Below, piece by piece: positions 49,220-64,000 of a DNA stretch of 64,000 bases. The notes below the pieces were generated by a model. It worked only from the letters and a program-made list of their open reading frames with translations. It made no database searches and was not told where the DNA came from. The DNA is from a virus (taxonomy: Duplodnaviria > Heunggongvirae > Uroviricota > Caudoviricetes). Made by a program: the position numbers and the translations under genes. Position 1 is the stretch's first letter; each line of letters begins with the position of its first letter. Where the stretch lies: IMG/VR virus record IMGVR_UViG_2861074659_000002; one strand, written 5' to 3'.

Positions 49220-49588
49220 TCAGGCGGCCTTGATAGTCATATCATCTGAATCAAATATTCCTGATGTATCGATATCGGTAATTCTTATTCCTTCACTACC
49301 ATCCATTGGAGGCCATCCTTCCTGACCATTTCCATCATCCCAGTCGAACTCACAAACAACACCATATGCATTTAAGTCTTTCGAAATTGCTATAAGCAGA
49401 GCATGTTGCGCCAGCATGATTAATACAGCATTTAATAAAGAGCCGTGTTTATTGAGTCGGTATTCAGAGTCTGACCAGAAATTATTAATCTGGTGAAGTT
49501 TTTCCTCTGTCATTACGTCATGGTCGATTTCAATTTCTATTGATGCTTTCCAGTCGTAATCAATGATGTATTTTTTGATGTTTGACAT
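49220..49588 (-). CDS. ea10: Ea10 (copy 2; 3 aa substitutions)
   Basis: Full-length 122 aa ORF. Confidence 0.75.
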   Translation of the reverse strand: MSNIKKYIIDYDWKASIEIEIDHDVMTEEKLHQINNFWSDSEYRLNKHGSLLNAVLIMLAQHALLIAISKDLNAYGVVCEFDWDDGNGQEGWPPMDGSEGIRITDIDTSGIFDSDDMTIKAA

Positions 49589-49770
49589 CTGTTCATATCC
49601 TCACAGATAAAAAATCGCCCTCACACTGGAGGGCAAAGAAGATTTCCAATAATCAGAACAAGTCGACTCCTGTTTAGTTACGAGCGACATTGCTCCGTGT
49701 ATTCACTCATTGGAATGAATACACAGTGCAGTGTTTATTCTGTTATTTATGCCAAAAATAAAGGCCACTA

Positions 49771-49971
49771 TCAGGCAGCTTTGTTGTTCTGTTTACCAAG
49801 TTCTCTGGCAATCATTGCCGTCGTTCGTATTGCCCATTTATCGACATATTTCCCATCTTCCATTACAGGAAACATTTCTTCAGGCTTAACCATGCATTCC
49901 GATTGCAGCTTGCATCCATTGCATCGCTTGAATTGTCCACACCATTGATTTTTATCAATAGTCGTAGTCAT
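49771..49971 (-). CDS. ral: Ral (copy 2)
   Basis: Identical translation to copy 1. Confidence 0.85.
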   Translation of the reverse strand: MTTTIDKNQWCGQFKRCNGCKLQSECMVKPEEMFPVMEDGKYVDKWAIRTTAMIARELGKQNNKAA

Positions 49972-50049
49972 ACGGATAGTCCTGGTATTGTTCCATCACA
50001 TCCTGAGGATGCTCTTCGAACTCTTCAAATTCTTCTTCCATATATCACC

Positions 50050-50379
50050 TCAAATAAGTGGTTTGCTGCCTAATTTAATTTTCTGGCGACCAACACAAGT
50101 CACACCCATTTCACTGCGTGGCTTGCTGTAGTAAATACGGTTCTGTTTACGCTCGACTTCTTCTGCCTTCTTGCAGCGAAGGCTTCCGAGTGATGCTGCT
50201 TTATCTGCTCTGACGCAACCAGAGAGCTTTAGCGCAATTTTTCGCGCCAGTGCTTCATTACTGCGTCGCTCGGCAATAAGTTCTGCTCTGCGAGCTTTGT
50301 AGCGGCTTTTTGCCGTACCTTTGGATTCTTTCCAGACAATGGTTACCATGATGGTCTCCTTTAAGTGGCTTTGGCGCAT
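50050..50379 (-). CDS. N: N antiterminator, phage-21 type (copy 2)
   Basis: Identical translation to copy 1. Confidence 0.8.
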   Translation of the reverse strand: MRQSHLKETIMVTIVWKESKGTAKSRYKARRAELIAERRSNEALARKIALKLSGCVRADKAASLGSLRCKKAEEVERKQNRIYYSKPRSEMGVTCVGRQKIKLGSKPLI

Positions 50380-50663
50380 GACGCGTCGAGGTGCTTATCT
50401 TCTCGATCGCTGTCTTGTAGCTGCAATTCGCGCCATCCCCAAAACCACTCAAGTTCTGGTCTCAACGGTTAGGTTGAGAGTCCGTCGATGTTAAAGAGCC
50501 TGCCAATCTGTTCCGTTTGGCTTCCAGCGTCCTGCTGATGGCTTAAATTTAAGACTTCTTAATTTATTGGTCAAGTGCATTTTTGAAGAAAACTTAATTT
50601 TATGGGCGTGAATTTAGTTTGTCTTTGATTTTTAACGGGAAATAAAAAAGGGGCGAAAGCCCC

Positions 50664-51311
50664 TTAAGGAAGGTTTGCTAGCTTGGCATCAACGACAACG
50701 CCAATGATTTTACAGTTCCCATTGATTTCAATCATTGGGTATTGTGGATTGAGTGGTTTCAGGAATTTTCTACCGGCATCAATAACTAACTTTTTGAATG
50801 TCGCCTCGTTTTCTCCTTCAAGTTTGGCGACTACCAGCTTTCCATTACGTGGTTCGACTTCTGGGTCGACGAGAATAATCATCCCCTCAGGAATACTCAG
50901 TCCTGCCGGGCAGTCATTGAATCGCCTTTAACGTCGAGCCAAAAAGAGTCTTCAGAACAATCTACCGTTGTGTCGTACCAGTTATCTATTGCACGCCTAT
51001 GATATGGCTCTACAGCTTCCATCCAACATCCTGCGCTTACCCAACTAATTAGAGGATACGAACCTCTTGGATCATGCCTGCTGTGATAGGCAATGTTTGA
51101 AAGACTATCCTCTCCTTTCAACAGGTAATCAGGGAGCACTGCAAAGCCTTGGCTAAGGCCAATAGGTTTCGCCATTGGGCTCAGTTTCAGATCGCTCCCA
51201 TTGGGAAATAGCAACATTAGACACGCCAACCATCTTGCCAAGGGCAGCCTGCCTAATCTTGAGTTCTTTTCTGCGAGCGCGAATACACTCACCCATCAGT
51301 TGTGTATTCAT
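50664..51311 (-). pseudogene. cI: cI repressor (copy 2) disrupted by three 1-bp homopolymer deletions plus one substitution
   Basis: Split into ORFs 50664..50882 and 50897..51292; deletions at about 50908 (GGGG to GGG), 51131 (GGGG to GGG), 51167 (TTTT to TTT) relative to copy 1. Confidence 0.85.
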
Positions 51312-51391
51312 AGTTAAGACATCTTAAATAAACTTGACTTAAGATTCCTTTGGTGGATAATTTAAGTGTTCTTTAATTTCGGAGCGAGTCT

Positions 51392-51577
51392 ATGTACAAA
51401 AAAGATGTTATTGACCACTTCGGAACCCAGCGTGCTGTTGCTAAAGCACTAGGCATTAGCGATGCAGCAGTCTCTCAGTGGAAAGAAGTTATCCCAGAGA
51501 AAGACGCCTATCGATTGGAAATCGTTACAGCTGGCGCCCTGAAGTATCAAGAAAGTGCTTACCGCCAAGCGGCATAA
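51392..51577 (+). CDS. cro: Cro (P22 / phage 21 type), intact 61 aa
   Basis: MYKKDVIDHFGTQRAVAKALGISDAAVSQWKEVIPEKDAYRLEIVTAGALKYQESAYRQAA. Confidence 0.9.
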   Translation: MYKKDVIDHFGTQRAVAKALGISDAAVSQWKEVIPEKDAYRLEIVTAGALKYQESAYRQAA

Positions 51578-51691
51578 GCAAATGCTCTTTAACAGTTCTG
51601 GCCTTTCACCTCTAACCGGGTGAGCAAACATCAGCGGCAAATCCATTGGGTGTGCCGCTATAACTCAATATCAATATAGGTAAATTAACAA

Positions 51692-51989
51692 ATGGCACAA
51701 GCAAGCTACAGCAAGCCAACACAGCGAGAAATTGATCGCGCTGAAACTGATTTACTCATCAACCTGTCAACGCTTACCCAGCGCGGTCTGGCAAAGATGA
51801 TTGGCTGTCATGAATCGAGATAAGCAGAACGGACTGGAGATTATTGCTTCGGTCTTGTGTGCTTTCGGAATGGCATCAGACATCAGTCCGATTAGCAGGG
51901 CTTTTAAGTATGCGCTTGATGGACTCACAAAGAAAAAACGCCCGGTGTGCAAGACCGAGCGTTCTGAACAAATCCAGATGGAGTTCTGA
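51692..51989 (+). pseudogene. cII: cII-like, split across frames (copy 2)
   Basis: Same structure as copy 1. Confidence 0.55.
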
Positions 51990-52020
51990 GGTCATTACTG
52001 GATCTATCAACAGAGTCATT

Positions 52021-52915
52021 ATGACAAATACAGCAAAATACTCAACTTCGGCAGAGGTAACTTGCCGGACAGGAGCGTAATGTGGCAGATCTCGATGATG
52101 GTTACGCCAGACTATCAAATATGCTGCTTGAGGCTTATTCGGGCGCAGATCTGACCAAGCGACAGTTTAAAGTGCTGCTTGCCATTCTGCGTAAACCTAT
52201 GGTGGAATAAACCAATGGACAGAATCACCGATTCTCAACTTAGCGAGATTACAAAGTTACCTGTCAAACGGTGCAATGAAGCCAAGTTAGAACTCGTCAG
52301 AATGAATATTATCAAGCAGCAAGGCGGCATGTTTGGACCAAATAAAAACATCTCAGAATGGTGTATCCCTCAAACGAGGGGAAAATCCCCTAAACGAGGG
52401 ATAAAACATCCCTCAAATTGGGGGATTGCTATCCCTCAAAACAGGGGGACACAAAAGACACTATTACAAAAGAAAAAAGAAAAGATTATTCGTCAGAGAA
52501 TTCTGGCGAATCCTCTGACCAGCCAGAAAACGACCTTTCTGTGGTGAAACCGGATGCTGCAATTCAGAGCGGCAGCAAGTGGGGGACAGCAGAAGACCTG
52601 ACCGCCGCAGAGTGGATGTTTGACATGGTGAAGACTATCGCACCATCAGCCAGAAAACCGAATTTTGCTGGGTGGGCTAACGATATCCGCCTGATGCGTG
52701 AACGTGACGGACGTAACCACCGCGACATGTGTGTGCTGTTCCGCTGGGCATGCCAGGACAACTTCTGGTCCGGTAACGTGCTGAGCCCGGCCAAACTCCG
52801 CGATAAGTGGACCCAACTCGAAATCAACCGTAACAAGCAACAGGCAGGCGTGACAGCCAGCAAACCAAAACTCGACCTGACAAACACAGACTGGATTTAC
52901 GGGGTGGATCTATGA
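52021..52915 (+). pseudogene. O: Replication protein O, fragmented (copy 2)
   Basis: Same ORF fragments as copy 1. Confidence 0.8.
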
Positions 52916-53613
52916 AAAACATCGCCGCACAGATGGTTAACTTTGACCGTGAGCAGATGCGTCGGATCGCCAACAACATGCCGGAACAGTACGACGAAAA
53001 GCCGCAGGTACAGCAGGTAGCGCAGATCATCAACGGTGTGTTCAGCCAGTTACTGGCAACTTTCCCGGCGAGCCTGGCTAACCGTGACCAGAACGAAGTG
53101 AACGAAATCCGTCGCCAGTGGGTTCTGGCTTTTCGGGAAAACGGGATCACCACGATGGAACAGGTTAACGCAGGAATGCGCGTAGCCCGTCGGCAGAATC
53201 GACCATTTCTGCCATCACCCGGGCAGTTTGTTGCATGGTGCCGGGAAGAAGCATCCGTTACCGCCGGACTGCCAAACGTCAGCGAGCTGGTTGATATGGT
53301 TTACGAGTATTGCCGGAAGCGAGGCCTGTATCCGGATGCGGAGTCTTATCCGTGGAAATCAAACGCGCACTACTGGCTGGTTACCAACCTGTATCAGAAC
53401 ATGCGGGCCAATGCGCTTACTGATGCGGAATTACGCCGTAAGGCCGCAGATGAGCTTGTCCATATGACTGCGAGAATTAACCGTGGTGAGGCGATCCCTG
53501 AACCAGTAAAACAACTTCCTGTCATGGGCGGTAGACCTCTAAATCGTGCACAGGCTCTGGCGAAGATCGCAGAAATCAAAGCTAAGTTCGGACTGAAAGG
53601 AGCAAGTGTATGA
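52912..53613 (+). CDS. P: Replication protein P (copy 2)
   Basis: Identical translation to copy 1. Confidence 0.95.
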
Positions 53614-54413
53614 CGGGCAAAGAGGCAATTATTCATTACCTGGGGACGCATAATAGCTTCTGTGCGCCGGACGTTGCCGCGCTAACAGGCGCAACAGTAA
53701 CCAGCATAAATCAGGCCGCGGCTAAAATGGCACGGGCAGGTCTTCTGGTTATCGAAGGTAAGGTCTGGCGAACGGTGTATTACCGGTTTGCTACCAGGGA
53801 AGAACGGGAAGGAAAGATGAGCACGAACCTGATGAACAAACTGGATACGATTGGATTCGACAACAAAAAAGACCTGCTTATCTCGGTGGGCGATTTGGTT
53901 GATCGTGGTGCAGAGAACGTTGAATGCCTGGAATTAATCACATTCCCCTGGTTCAGAGCTGTACGTGGAAACCATGAGCAAATGATGATTGATGGCTTAT
54001 CAGAGCGTGGAAACGTTAATCACTGGCTGCTTAATGGCGGTGGCTGGTTCTTTAATCTCGATTACGACAAAGAAATTCTGGCTAAAGCTCTTGCCCATAA
54101 AGCAGATGAACTTCCGTTAATCATCGAACTGGTGAGCAAAGATAAAAAATATGTTATCTGCCACGCCGATTATCCCTTTGACGAATACGAGTTTGGAAAG
54201 CCAGTTGATCATCAGCAGGTAATCTGGAACCGCGAACGAATCAGCAACTCACAAAACGGGATCGTGAAAGAAATCAAAGGCGCGGACACGTTCATCTTTG
54301 GTCATACGCCAGCAGTGAAACCACTCAAGTTTGCCAACCAAATGTATATCGATACCGGCGCAGTGTTCTGCGGAAACCTAACATTGATTCAGGTACAGGG
54401 AGAAGGCGCATGA
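53610..54413 (+). CDS. Ren-NinI phosphatase fusion (copy 2)
   Basis: Identical translation to copy 1. Confidence 0.85.
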
Positions 54414-55033
54414 GACTCGAAAGCGTAGCTAAATTTCATTCGCCAAAAAGCCCGATGATGAGCGACTCACCACGGGCCACGGCTTCTGACTCTCTTTCCG
54501 GTACTGATGTGATGGCTGCTATGGGGATGGCGCAATCACAAGCCGGATTCGGTATGGCTGCATTCTGCGGTAAGCACGAACTCAGCCAGAACGACAAACA
54601 AAAGGCTATCAACTATCTGATGCAATTTGCACACAAGGTATCGGGGAAATACCGTGGTGTGGCATATCTTGAAGGAAATACTAAGGCAAAGGTACTGCAA
54701 GTGCTCGCAACATTCGCTTATGCGGATTATTGCCGTAGTGCCGCGACGCCGGGGGCAAGATGCAGAGATTGCCATGGTACAGGCCGTGCGGTTGATATTG
54801 CCAAAACAGAGCTGTGGGGGAGAGTTGTCGAGAAAGAGTGCGGAAGATGCAAAGGCGTCGGCTATTCAAGGATGCCAGCAAGCGCAGCATATCGCGCTGT
54901 GACGATGCTAATCCCAAACCTTACCCAACCCACCTGGTCACGCACTGTTAAGCCGCTGTATGACGCTCTGGTGGTGCAATGCCACAAAGAAGAGTCAATC
55001 GCAGACAACATTTTGAATGCGGTCACACGTTAG
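54410..55033 (+). CDS. Q: Antiterminator Q (copy 2)
   Basis: Identical translation to copy 1. Confidence 0.9.
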
Positions 55034-55709
55034 CAGCATGATTGCCACGGATGGCAACATATTAACGGCATGATATTGACTTATTGAATAAAATTGGGTA
55101 AATTTGACTCAACGATGGGTTAATTCGCTCGTTGTGGTAGTGAGATGAAAAGAGGCGGCGCTTACTACCGATTCCGCCTAGTTGGTCACTTCGACGTATC
55201 GTCTGGAACTCCAACCATCGCAGGCAGAGAGGTCTGCAAAATGCAATCCCGAAACAGTTCGCAGGTAATAGTTAGAGCCTGCATAACGGTTTCGGGATTT
55301 TTTATATCTGCACAACAGGTAAGAGCATTGAGTCGATAATCGTGAAGAGTCGGCGAGCCTGGTTAGCCAGTGCTCTTTCCGTTGTGCTGAATTAAGCGAA
55401 TACCGGAAGCAGAACCGGATCACCAAATGCGTACAGGCGTCATCGCCGCCCAGCAACAGCACAACCCAAACTGAGCCGTAGCCACTGTCTGTCCTGAATT
55501 CATTAGTAATAGTTACGCTGCGGCCTTTTACACATGACCTTCGTGAAAGCGGGTGGCAGGAGGTCGCGCTAACAACCTCCTGCCGTTTTGCCCGTGCATA
55601 TCGGTCACGAACAAATCTGATTACTAAACACAGTAGCCTGGATTTGTTCTATCAGTAATCGACCTTATTCCTAATTAAATAGAGCAAATCCCCTTATTGG
55701 GGGTAAGAC

Positions 55710-56033
55710 ATGAAGATGCCAGAAAAACATGACCTGTTGGCCGCCATTCTCGCGGCAAAGGAACAAGGCATCGGGGCAATCCTTGCGTTTGCAATGGCGT
55801 ACCTTCGCGGCAGATATAATGGCGGTGCGTTTACAAAAACAGTAATCGACGCAACGATGTGCGCCATTATCGCCTGGTTCATTCGTGACCTTCTCGACTT
55901 CGCCGGACTAAGTAGCAATCTCGCTTATATAACGAGCGTGTTTATCGGCTACATCGGTACTGACTCGATTGGTTCGCTTATCAAACGCTTCGCTGCTAAA
56001 AAAGCCGGAGTAGAAGATGGTAGAAATCAATAA
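55710..56033 (+). CDS. S: Holin S (copy 2)
   Basis: Identical translation to copy 1. Confidence 0.95.
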   Translation: MKMPEKHDLLAAILAAKEQGIGAILAFAMAYLRGRYNGGAFTKTVIDATMCAIIAWFIRDLLDFAGLSSNLAYITSVFIGYIGTDSIGSLIKRFAAKKAGVEDGRNQ

Positions 56034-56493
56034 TCAACGTAAGGCGTTCCTCGATATGCTGGCGTGGTCGGAGGGAACTGATAACGGACGTCAGAAAACC
56101 AGAAATCATGGTTATGACGTCATTGTAGGCGGAGAGCTATTCACTGATTACTCCGATCACCCTCGCAAACTTGTCACGCTAAACCCAAAACTCAAATCAA
56201 CAGGCGCCGGACGCTACCAGCTTCTTTCCCGTTGGTGGGATGCCTACCGCAAGCAGCTTGGCCTGAAAGACTTCTCTCCGAAAAGTCAGGACGCTGTGGC
56301 ATTGCAGCAGATTAAGGAGCGTGGCGCTTTACCTATGATTGATCGTGGTGATATCCGTCAGGCAATCGACCGTTGCAGCAATATCTGGGCTTCACTGCCG
56401 GGCGCTGGTTATGGTCAGTTCGAGCATAAGGCTGACAGCCTGATTGCAAAATTCAAAGAAGCGGGCGGAACGGTCAGAGAGATTGATGTATGA
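56017..56493 (+). CDS. R: Endolysin R (copy 2)
   Basis: Identical translation to copy 1. Confidence 0.95.
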   Translation: MVEINNQRKAFLDMLAWSEGTDNGRQKTRNHGYDVIVGGELFTDYSDHPRKLVTLNPKLKSTGAGRYQLLSRWWDAYRKQLGLKDFSPKSQDAVALQQIKERGALPMIDRGDIRQAIDRCSNIWASLPGAGYGQFEHKADSLIAKFKEAGGTVREIDV

Positions 56494-56951
56494 GCAGAGT
56501 CACCGCGATTATCTCCGCTCTGGTTATCTGCATCATCGTCTGCCTGTCATGGGCTGTTAATCATTACCGTGATAACGCCATTACCTACAAAGCCCAGCGC
56601 GACAAAAATGCCAGAGAACTGAAGCTGGCGAACGCGGCAATTACTGACATGCAGATGCGTCAGCGTGATGTTGCTGCGCTCGATGCAAAATACACGAAGG
56701 AGTTAGCTGATGCTAAAGCTGAAAATGATGCTCTGCGTGATGATGTTGCCGCTGGTCGTCGTCGGTTGCACATCAAAGCAGTCTGTCAGTCAGTGCGTGA
56801 AGCCACCACCGCCTCCGGCGTGGATAATGCAGCCTCCCCCCGACTGGCAGACACCGCTGAACGGGATTATTTCACCCTCAGAGAGAGGCTGATCACTATG
56901 CAAAAACAACTGGAAGGAACCCAGAAGTATATTAATGAGCAGTGCAGATAG
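56490..56951 (+). CDS. Rz: Rz (copy 2)
   Basis: Identical translation to copy 1. Confidence 0.9.
   Translation: MSRVTAIISALVICIIVCLSWAVNHYRDNAITYKAQRDKNARELKLANAAITDMQMRQRDVAALDAKYTKELADAKAENDALRDDVAAGRRRLHIKAVCQSVREATTASGVDNAASPRLADTAERDYFTLRERLITMQKQLEGTQKYINEQCR
56710..56892 (+). CDS. Rz1: Rz1 (copy 2)
   Basis: Identical translation to copy 1. Confidence 0.85.
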   Translation: MLKLKMMLCVMMLPLVVVGCTSKQSVSQCVKPPPPPAWIMQPPPDWQTPLNGIISPSERG

Positions 56952-56982
56952 AGCTGACCATATCGATGGGCAACTCATGCAA

Positions 56983-57276
56983 TTATTTTGAGCAATACAC
57001 ACGCGCTTCCAGCGGAGTATAAATGCCTAAAGTAATAAAACCGAGCAATCCATTTACGAATGTTTGCTGGGTTTCTGTTTTAACAACATTTTCTGCGCCG
57101 CCACAAATTTTAGCTGCATCGACAGTTTTCTTCTGCCCAATTCCAGAAACGAAGAAATGATGGGTGATGGTTTCCTTTGGTGCTACTGCTGCCGGTTTGT
57201 TTTGAACAGTAAACGTCTGTTGAGCACATCCTGTAATAAGCAGGGCCAGCGCAGTAGCGAGTAGCATTTTTTTCAT
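56983..57276 (-). CDS. bor: Bor lipoprotein (copy 2)
   Basis: Identical translation to copy 1. Confidence 0.9.
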   Translation of the reverse strand: MKKMLLATALALLITGCAQQTFTVQNKPAAVAPKETITHHFFVSGIGQKKTVDAAKICGGAENVVKTETQQTFVNGLLGFITLGIYTPLEARVYCSK

Positions 57277-57565
57277 GGTGTTATTCCCGATGCTTTTTGA
57301 AGTTCGCAGAATCGTATGTGTAGAAAATTAAACAAACCCTAAACAATGAGTTGAAATTTCATATTGTTAATATTTATTAATGTATGTCAGGTGCGATGAA
57401 TCGTCATTGTATTCCCGGATTAACTATGTCCACAGCCCTGACGGGGAACTTCTCTGCGGGAGTGTCCGGGAATAATTAAAACGATGCACACAGGGTTTAG
57501 CGCGTACACGTATTGCATTATGCCAACGCCCCGGTGCTGACACGGAAGAAACCGGACGTTATGAT

Positions 57566-58099
57566 TTAGCGTGGAAAGATTTGTGTAGTGTTCTGAATGC
57601 TCTCAGTAAATAGTAATGAATTATCAAAGGTATAGTAATATCTTTTATGTTCATGGATATTTGTAACCCATCGGAAAACTCCTGCTTTAGCAAGATTTTC
57701 CCTGTATTGCTGAAATGTGATTTCTCTTGATTTCAACCTATCATAGGACGTTTCTATAAGATGCGTGTTTCTTGAGAATTTAACATTTACAACCTTTTTA
57801 AGTCCTTTTATTAACACGGTGTTATCGTTTTCTAACACGATGTGAATATTATCTGTGGCTAGATAGTAAATATAATGTGAGACGTTGTGACGTTTTAGTT
57901 CAGAATAAAACAATTCACAGTCTAAATCTTTTCGCACTTGATCGAATATTTCTTTAAAAATGGCAACCTGAGCCATTGGTAAAACCTTCCATGTGATACG
58001 AGGGCGCGTAGTTTGCATTATCGTTTTTATCGTTTCAATCTGGTCTGACCTCCTTGTGTTTTGTTGATGATTTATGTCAAATATTAGGAATGTTTTCAC
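57566..58099 (-). CDS. Hypothetical p78-like protein (copy 2)
   Basis: Identical translation to copy 1. Confidence 0.6.
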   Translation of the reverse strand: MKTFLIFDINHQQNTRRSDQIETIKTIMQTTRPRITWKVLPMAQVAIFKEIFDQVRKDLDCELFYSELKRHNVSHYIYYLATDNIHIVLENDNTVLIKGLKKVVNVKFSRNTHLIETSYDRLKSREITFQQYRENLAKAGVFRWVTNIHEHKRYYYTFDNSLLFTESIQNTTQIFPR

Positions 58100-58261
58100 T
58101 TAATAGTATTGGTTGCGTAACAAAGTGCGGTCCTGCTGGCATTCTGGAGGGAAATACAACCGACAGATGTATGTAAGGCCAACGTGCTCAAATCTTCATA
58201 CAGAAAGATTTGAAGTAATATTTTAACCGCTAGATGAAGAGCAAGCGCATGGAGCGACAAA

Positions 58262-58468
58262 ATGAATAAAGAACAATCTGCTGATGATCCCTCCGTGGAT
58301 CTGATTCGTGTAAAAAATATGCTTAATAGCACCATTTCTATGAGTTACCCTGATGTTGTAATTGCATGTATAGAACATAAGGTGTCTCTGGAAGCATTCA
58401 GAGCAATTGAGGCAGCGTTGGTGAAGCACGATAATAATATGAAGGATTATTCCCTGGTGGTTGACTGA
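58262..58468 (+). CDS. Hypothetical p79-like protein (copy 2)
   Basis: Identical translation to copy 1. Confidence 0.4.
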
Positions 58469-58632
58469 TCACCATAACTGCTAATCATTCAAACTATTTA
58501 GTCTGTGACAGAGCCAACACGCAGTCTGTCACTGTCAGGAAAGTGGTAAAACTGCAACTCAATTACTGCAATGCCCTCGTAATTAAGTGAATTTACAATA
58601 TCGTCCTGTTCGGAGGGAAGAACGCGGGATGT

Positions 58633-58827
58633 TCATTCTTCATCACTTTTAATTGATGTATATGCTCTCTTTTCTGACGTTAGTCTCCGACGGCAGGCTT
58701 CAATGACCCAGGCTGAGAAATTCCCGGACCCTTTTTGCTCAAGAGCGATGTTAATTTGTTCAATCATTTGGTTAGGAAAGCGGATGTTGCGGGTTGTTGT
58801 TCTGCGGGTTCTGTTCTTCGTTGACAT
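58633..58827 (-). CDS. Putative small RHH protein (copy 2)
   Basis: Identical translation to copy 1. Confidence 0.35.
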   Translation of the reverse strand: MSTKNRTRRTTTRNIRFPNQMIEQINIALEQKGSGNFSAWVIEACRRRLTSEKRAYTSIKSDEE

Positions 58828-59014
58828 GAGGTTGCCCCGTATTCAGTGTCGCTGATTTGTATTGTCTGAAGTTGTTTTTACGTTAAGTTGATGCAGATCA
58901 ATTAATACGATACCTGCGTCATAATTGATTATTTGACGTGGTTTGATGGCCTCCACGCACGTTGTGATATGTAGATGATAATCATTATCACTTTACGGGT
59001 CCTTTCCGGTGATC

Positions 59015-59038
59015 CGACAGGTTACGGGGCGGCGACCT
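59015..59038. other. cos: cos site (copy 2)
   Basis: Same ...GGTTACG GGGCGGCGACCT junction. Confidence 0.9.
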
Positions 59039-59215
59039 CGCGGGTTTTCGCTATTTATGAAAATTTTCCGGTTTAAGGCGTTTCCGTTCTTCTTCGTCAT
59101 AACTTAATGTTTTTATTTAAAATACCCTCTGAAAAGAAAGGAAACGACAGGTGCTGAAAGCGAGCTTTTTGGCCTCTGTCGTTTCCTTTCTCTGTTTTTG
59201 TCCGTGGAATGAACA

Positions 59216-59735
59216 ATGGAAGTCAACAAAAAGCAGCTGGCTGACATTTTCGGTGCGAGTATCCGTACCATTCAGAACTGGCAGGAACAGGGAATGCCCG
59301 TTCTGCGAGGCGGTGGCAAGGGTAATGAGGTGCTTTATGACTCTGCCGCCGTCATAAAATGGTATGCCGAAAGGGATGCTGAAATTGAGAACGAAAAGCT
59401 GCGCCGGGAGGTTGAAGAACTGCGGCAGGCCAGCGAGGCAGATCTCCAGCCAGGAACTATTGAGTACGAACGCCATCGACTTACGCGTGCGCAGGCCGAC
59501 GCACAGGAACTGAAGAATGCCAGAGACTCCGCTGAAGTGGTGGAAACCGCATTCTGTACTTTCGTGCTGTCGCGGATCGCAGGTGAAATTGCCAGTATTC
59601 TCGACGGGCTCCCCCTGTCGGTGCAGCGGCGTTTTCCGGAACTGGAAAACCGACATGTTGATTTCCTGAAACGGGATATCATCAAAGCCATGAACAAAGC
59701 AGCCGCGCTGGATGAACTGATACCGGGGTTGCTGA

Positions 59736-59761
<26 letters not shown>
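59216..59761 (+). CDS. nu1: Terminase small subunit Nu1 (copy 2)
   Basis: Identical translation to copy 1. Confidence 0.95.
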
Positions 59762-63442
<3,681 letters not shown>

Positions 63443-63462
<20 letters not shown>

Positions 63463-64000
63463 TCTCCCGCATATTGCCAGCATGGCCTTTAATGAGCCGC
63501 TGATGCTTGAACCCGCCTATGCGCGGGTTTTCTTTTGTGCGCTTGCAGGCCAGCTTGGGATCAGCAGCCTGACGGATGCGGTGTCCGGCGACAGCCTGAC
63601 TGCCCAGGAGGCACTCGCGACGCTGGCATTATCCGGTGATGATGACGGACCACGACAGGCCCGCAGTTATCAGGTCATGAACGGCATCGCCGTGCTGCCG
63701 GTGTCCGGCACGCTGGTCAGCCGGACGCGGGCGCTGCAGCCGTACTCGGGGATGACCGGTTACAACGGCATTATCGCCCGTCTGCAACAGGCTGCCAGCG
63801 ATCCGATGGTGGACGGCATTCTGCTCGATATGGACACGCCCGGCGGGATGGTGGCGGGGGCATTTGACTGCGCTGACATCATCGCCCGTGTGCGTGACAT
63901 AAAACCGGTATGGGCGCTTGCCAACGACATGAACTGCAGTGCAGGTCAGTTGCTTGCCAGTGCCGCCTCCCGGCGTCTGGTCACGCAGACCGCCCGGACA
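63443..64000 (+). CDS. C: Prohead protease C, 5' part only (copy 2, truncated by window end)
   Basis: Same GTG start context as copy 1; runs off window. Confidence 0.8.

Overview
The window is almost entirely bacteriophage lambda-type DNA in conventional lambda map orientation, arranged as two tandem copies of a ~43.3 kb genome (314..20661 repeats at 43656..64000) joined head-to-tail through an intact attP core (43408..43422). All identifications rest on recalled lambda, phage 21 and P22 protein sequences; no search was run. Copy 1 starts at an engineered junction: a truncated TEM-type bla fragment (1..306) joined by an EcoRI-BamHI linker (307..319) to int at its internal BamHI site, leaving int truncated. 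Copy 2 has a full-length int. Both copies carry a phage-21-type immunity region (N with the phi21 arginine-rich motif, a P22 c2 / phage 21-like cI and cro, no rexAB or sieB) and a nin5-type deletion that fuses ren to the ninI phosphatase. The single-copy section (20662..43655) holds the head and tail genes C through J, lom, stf, tfa, the b-region accessory genes ea47, ea31 and ea59, and attP. The sequence contains many single-base frameshifts: in cI (copy 2 only), cro (copy 1 only), cII and O (both copies), C/Nu3, K, J and stf. The copy-specific ones were seen by aligning the two copies; the others are inferred from ORF-frame breaks and recalled lambda sequence. I cannot tell from sequence alone whether they are real lesions or homopolymer assembly errors. 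The most interesting candidate is the ea59-ea31 pair, a P-loop ATPase followed by an HNH nuclease, which has the architecture of a two-gene anti-phage module.
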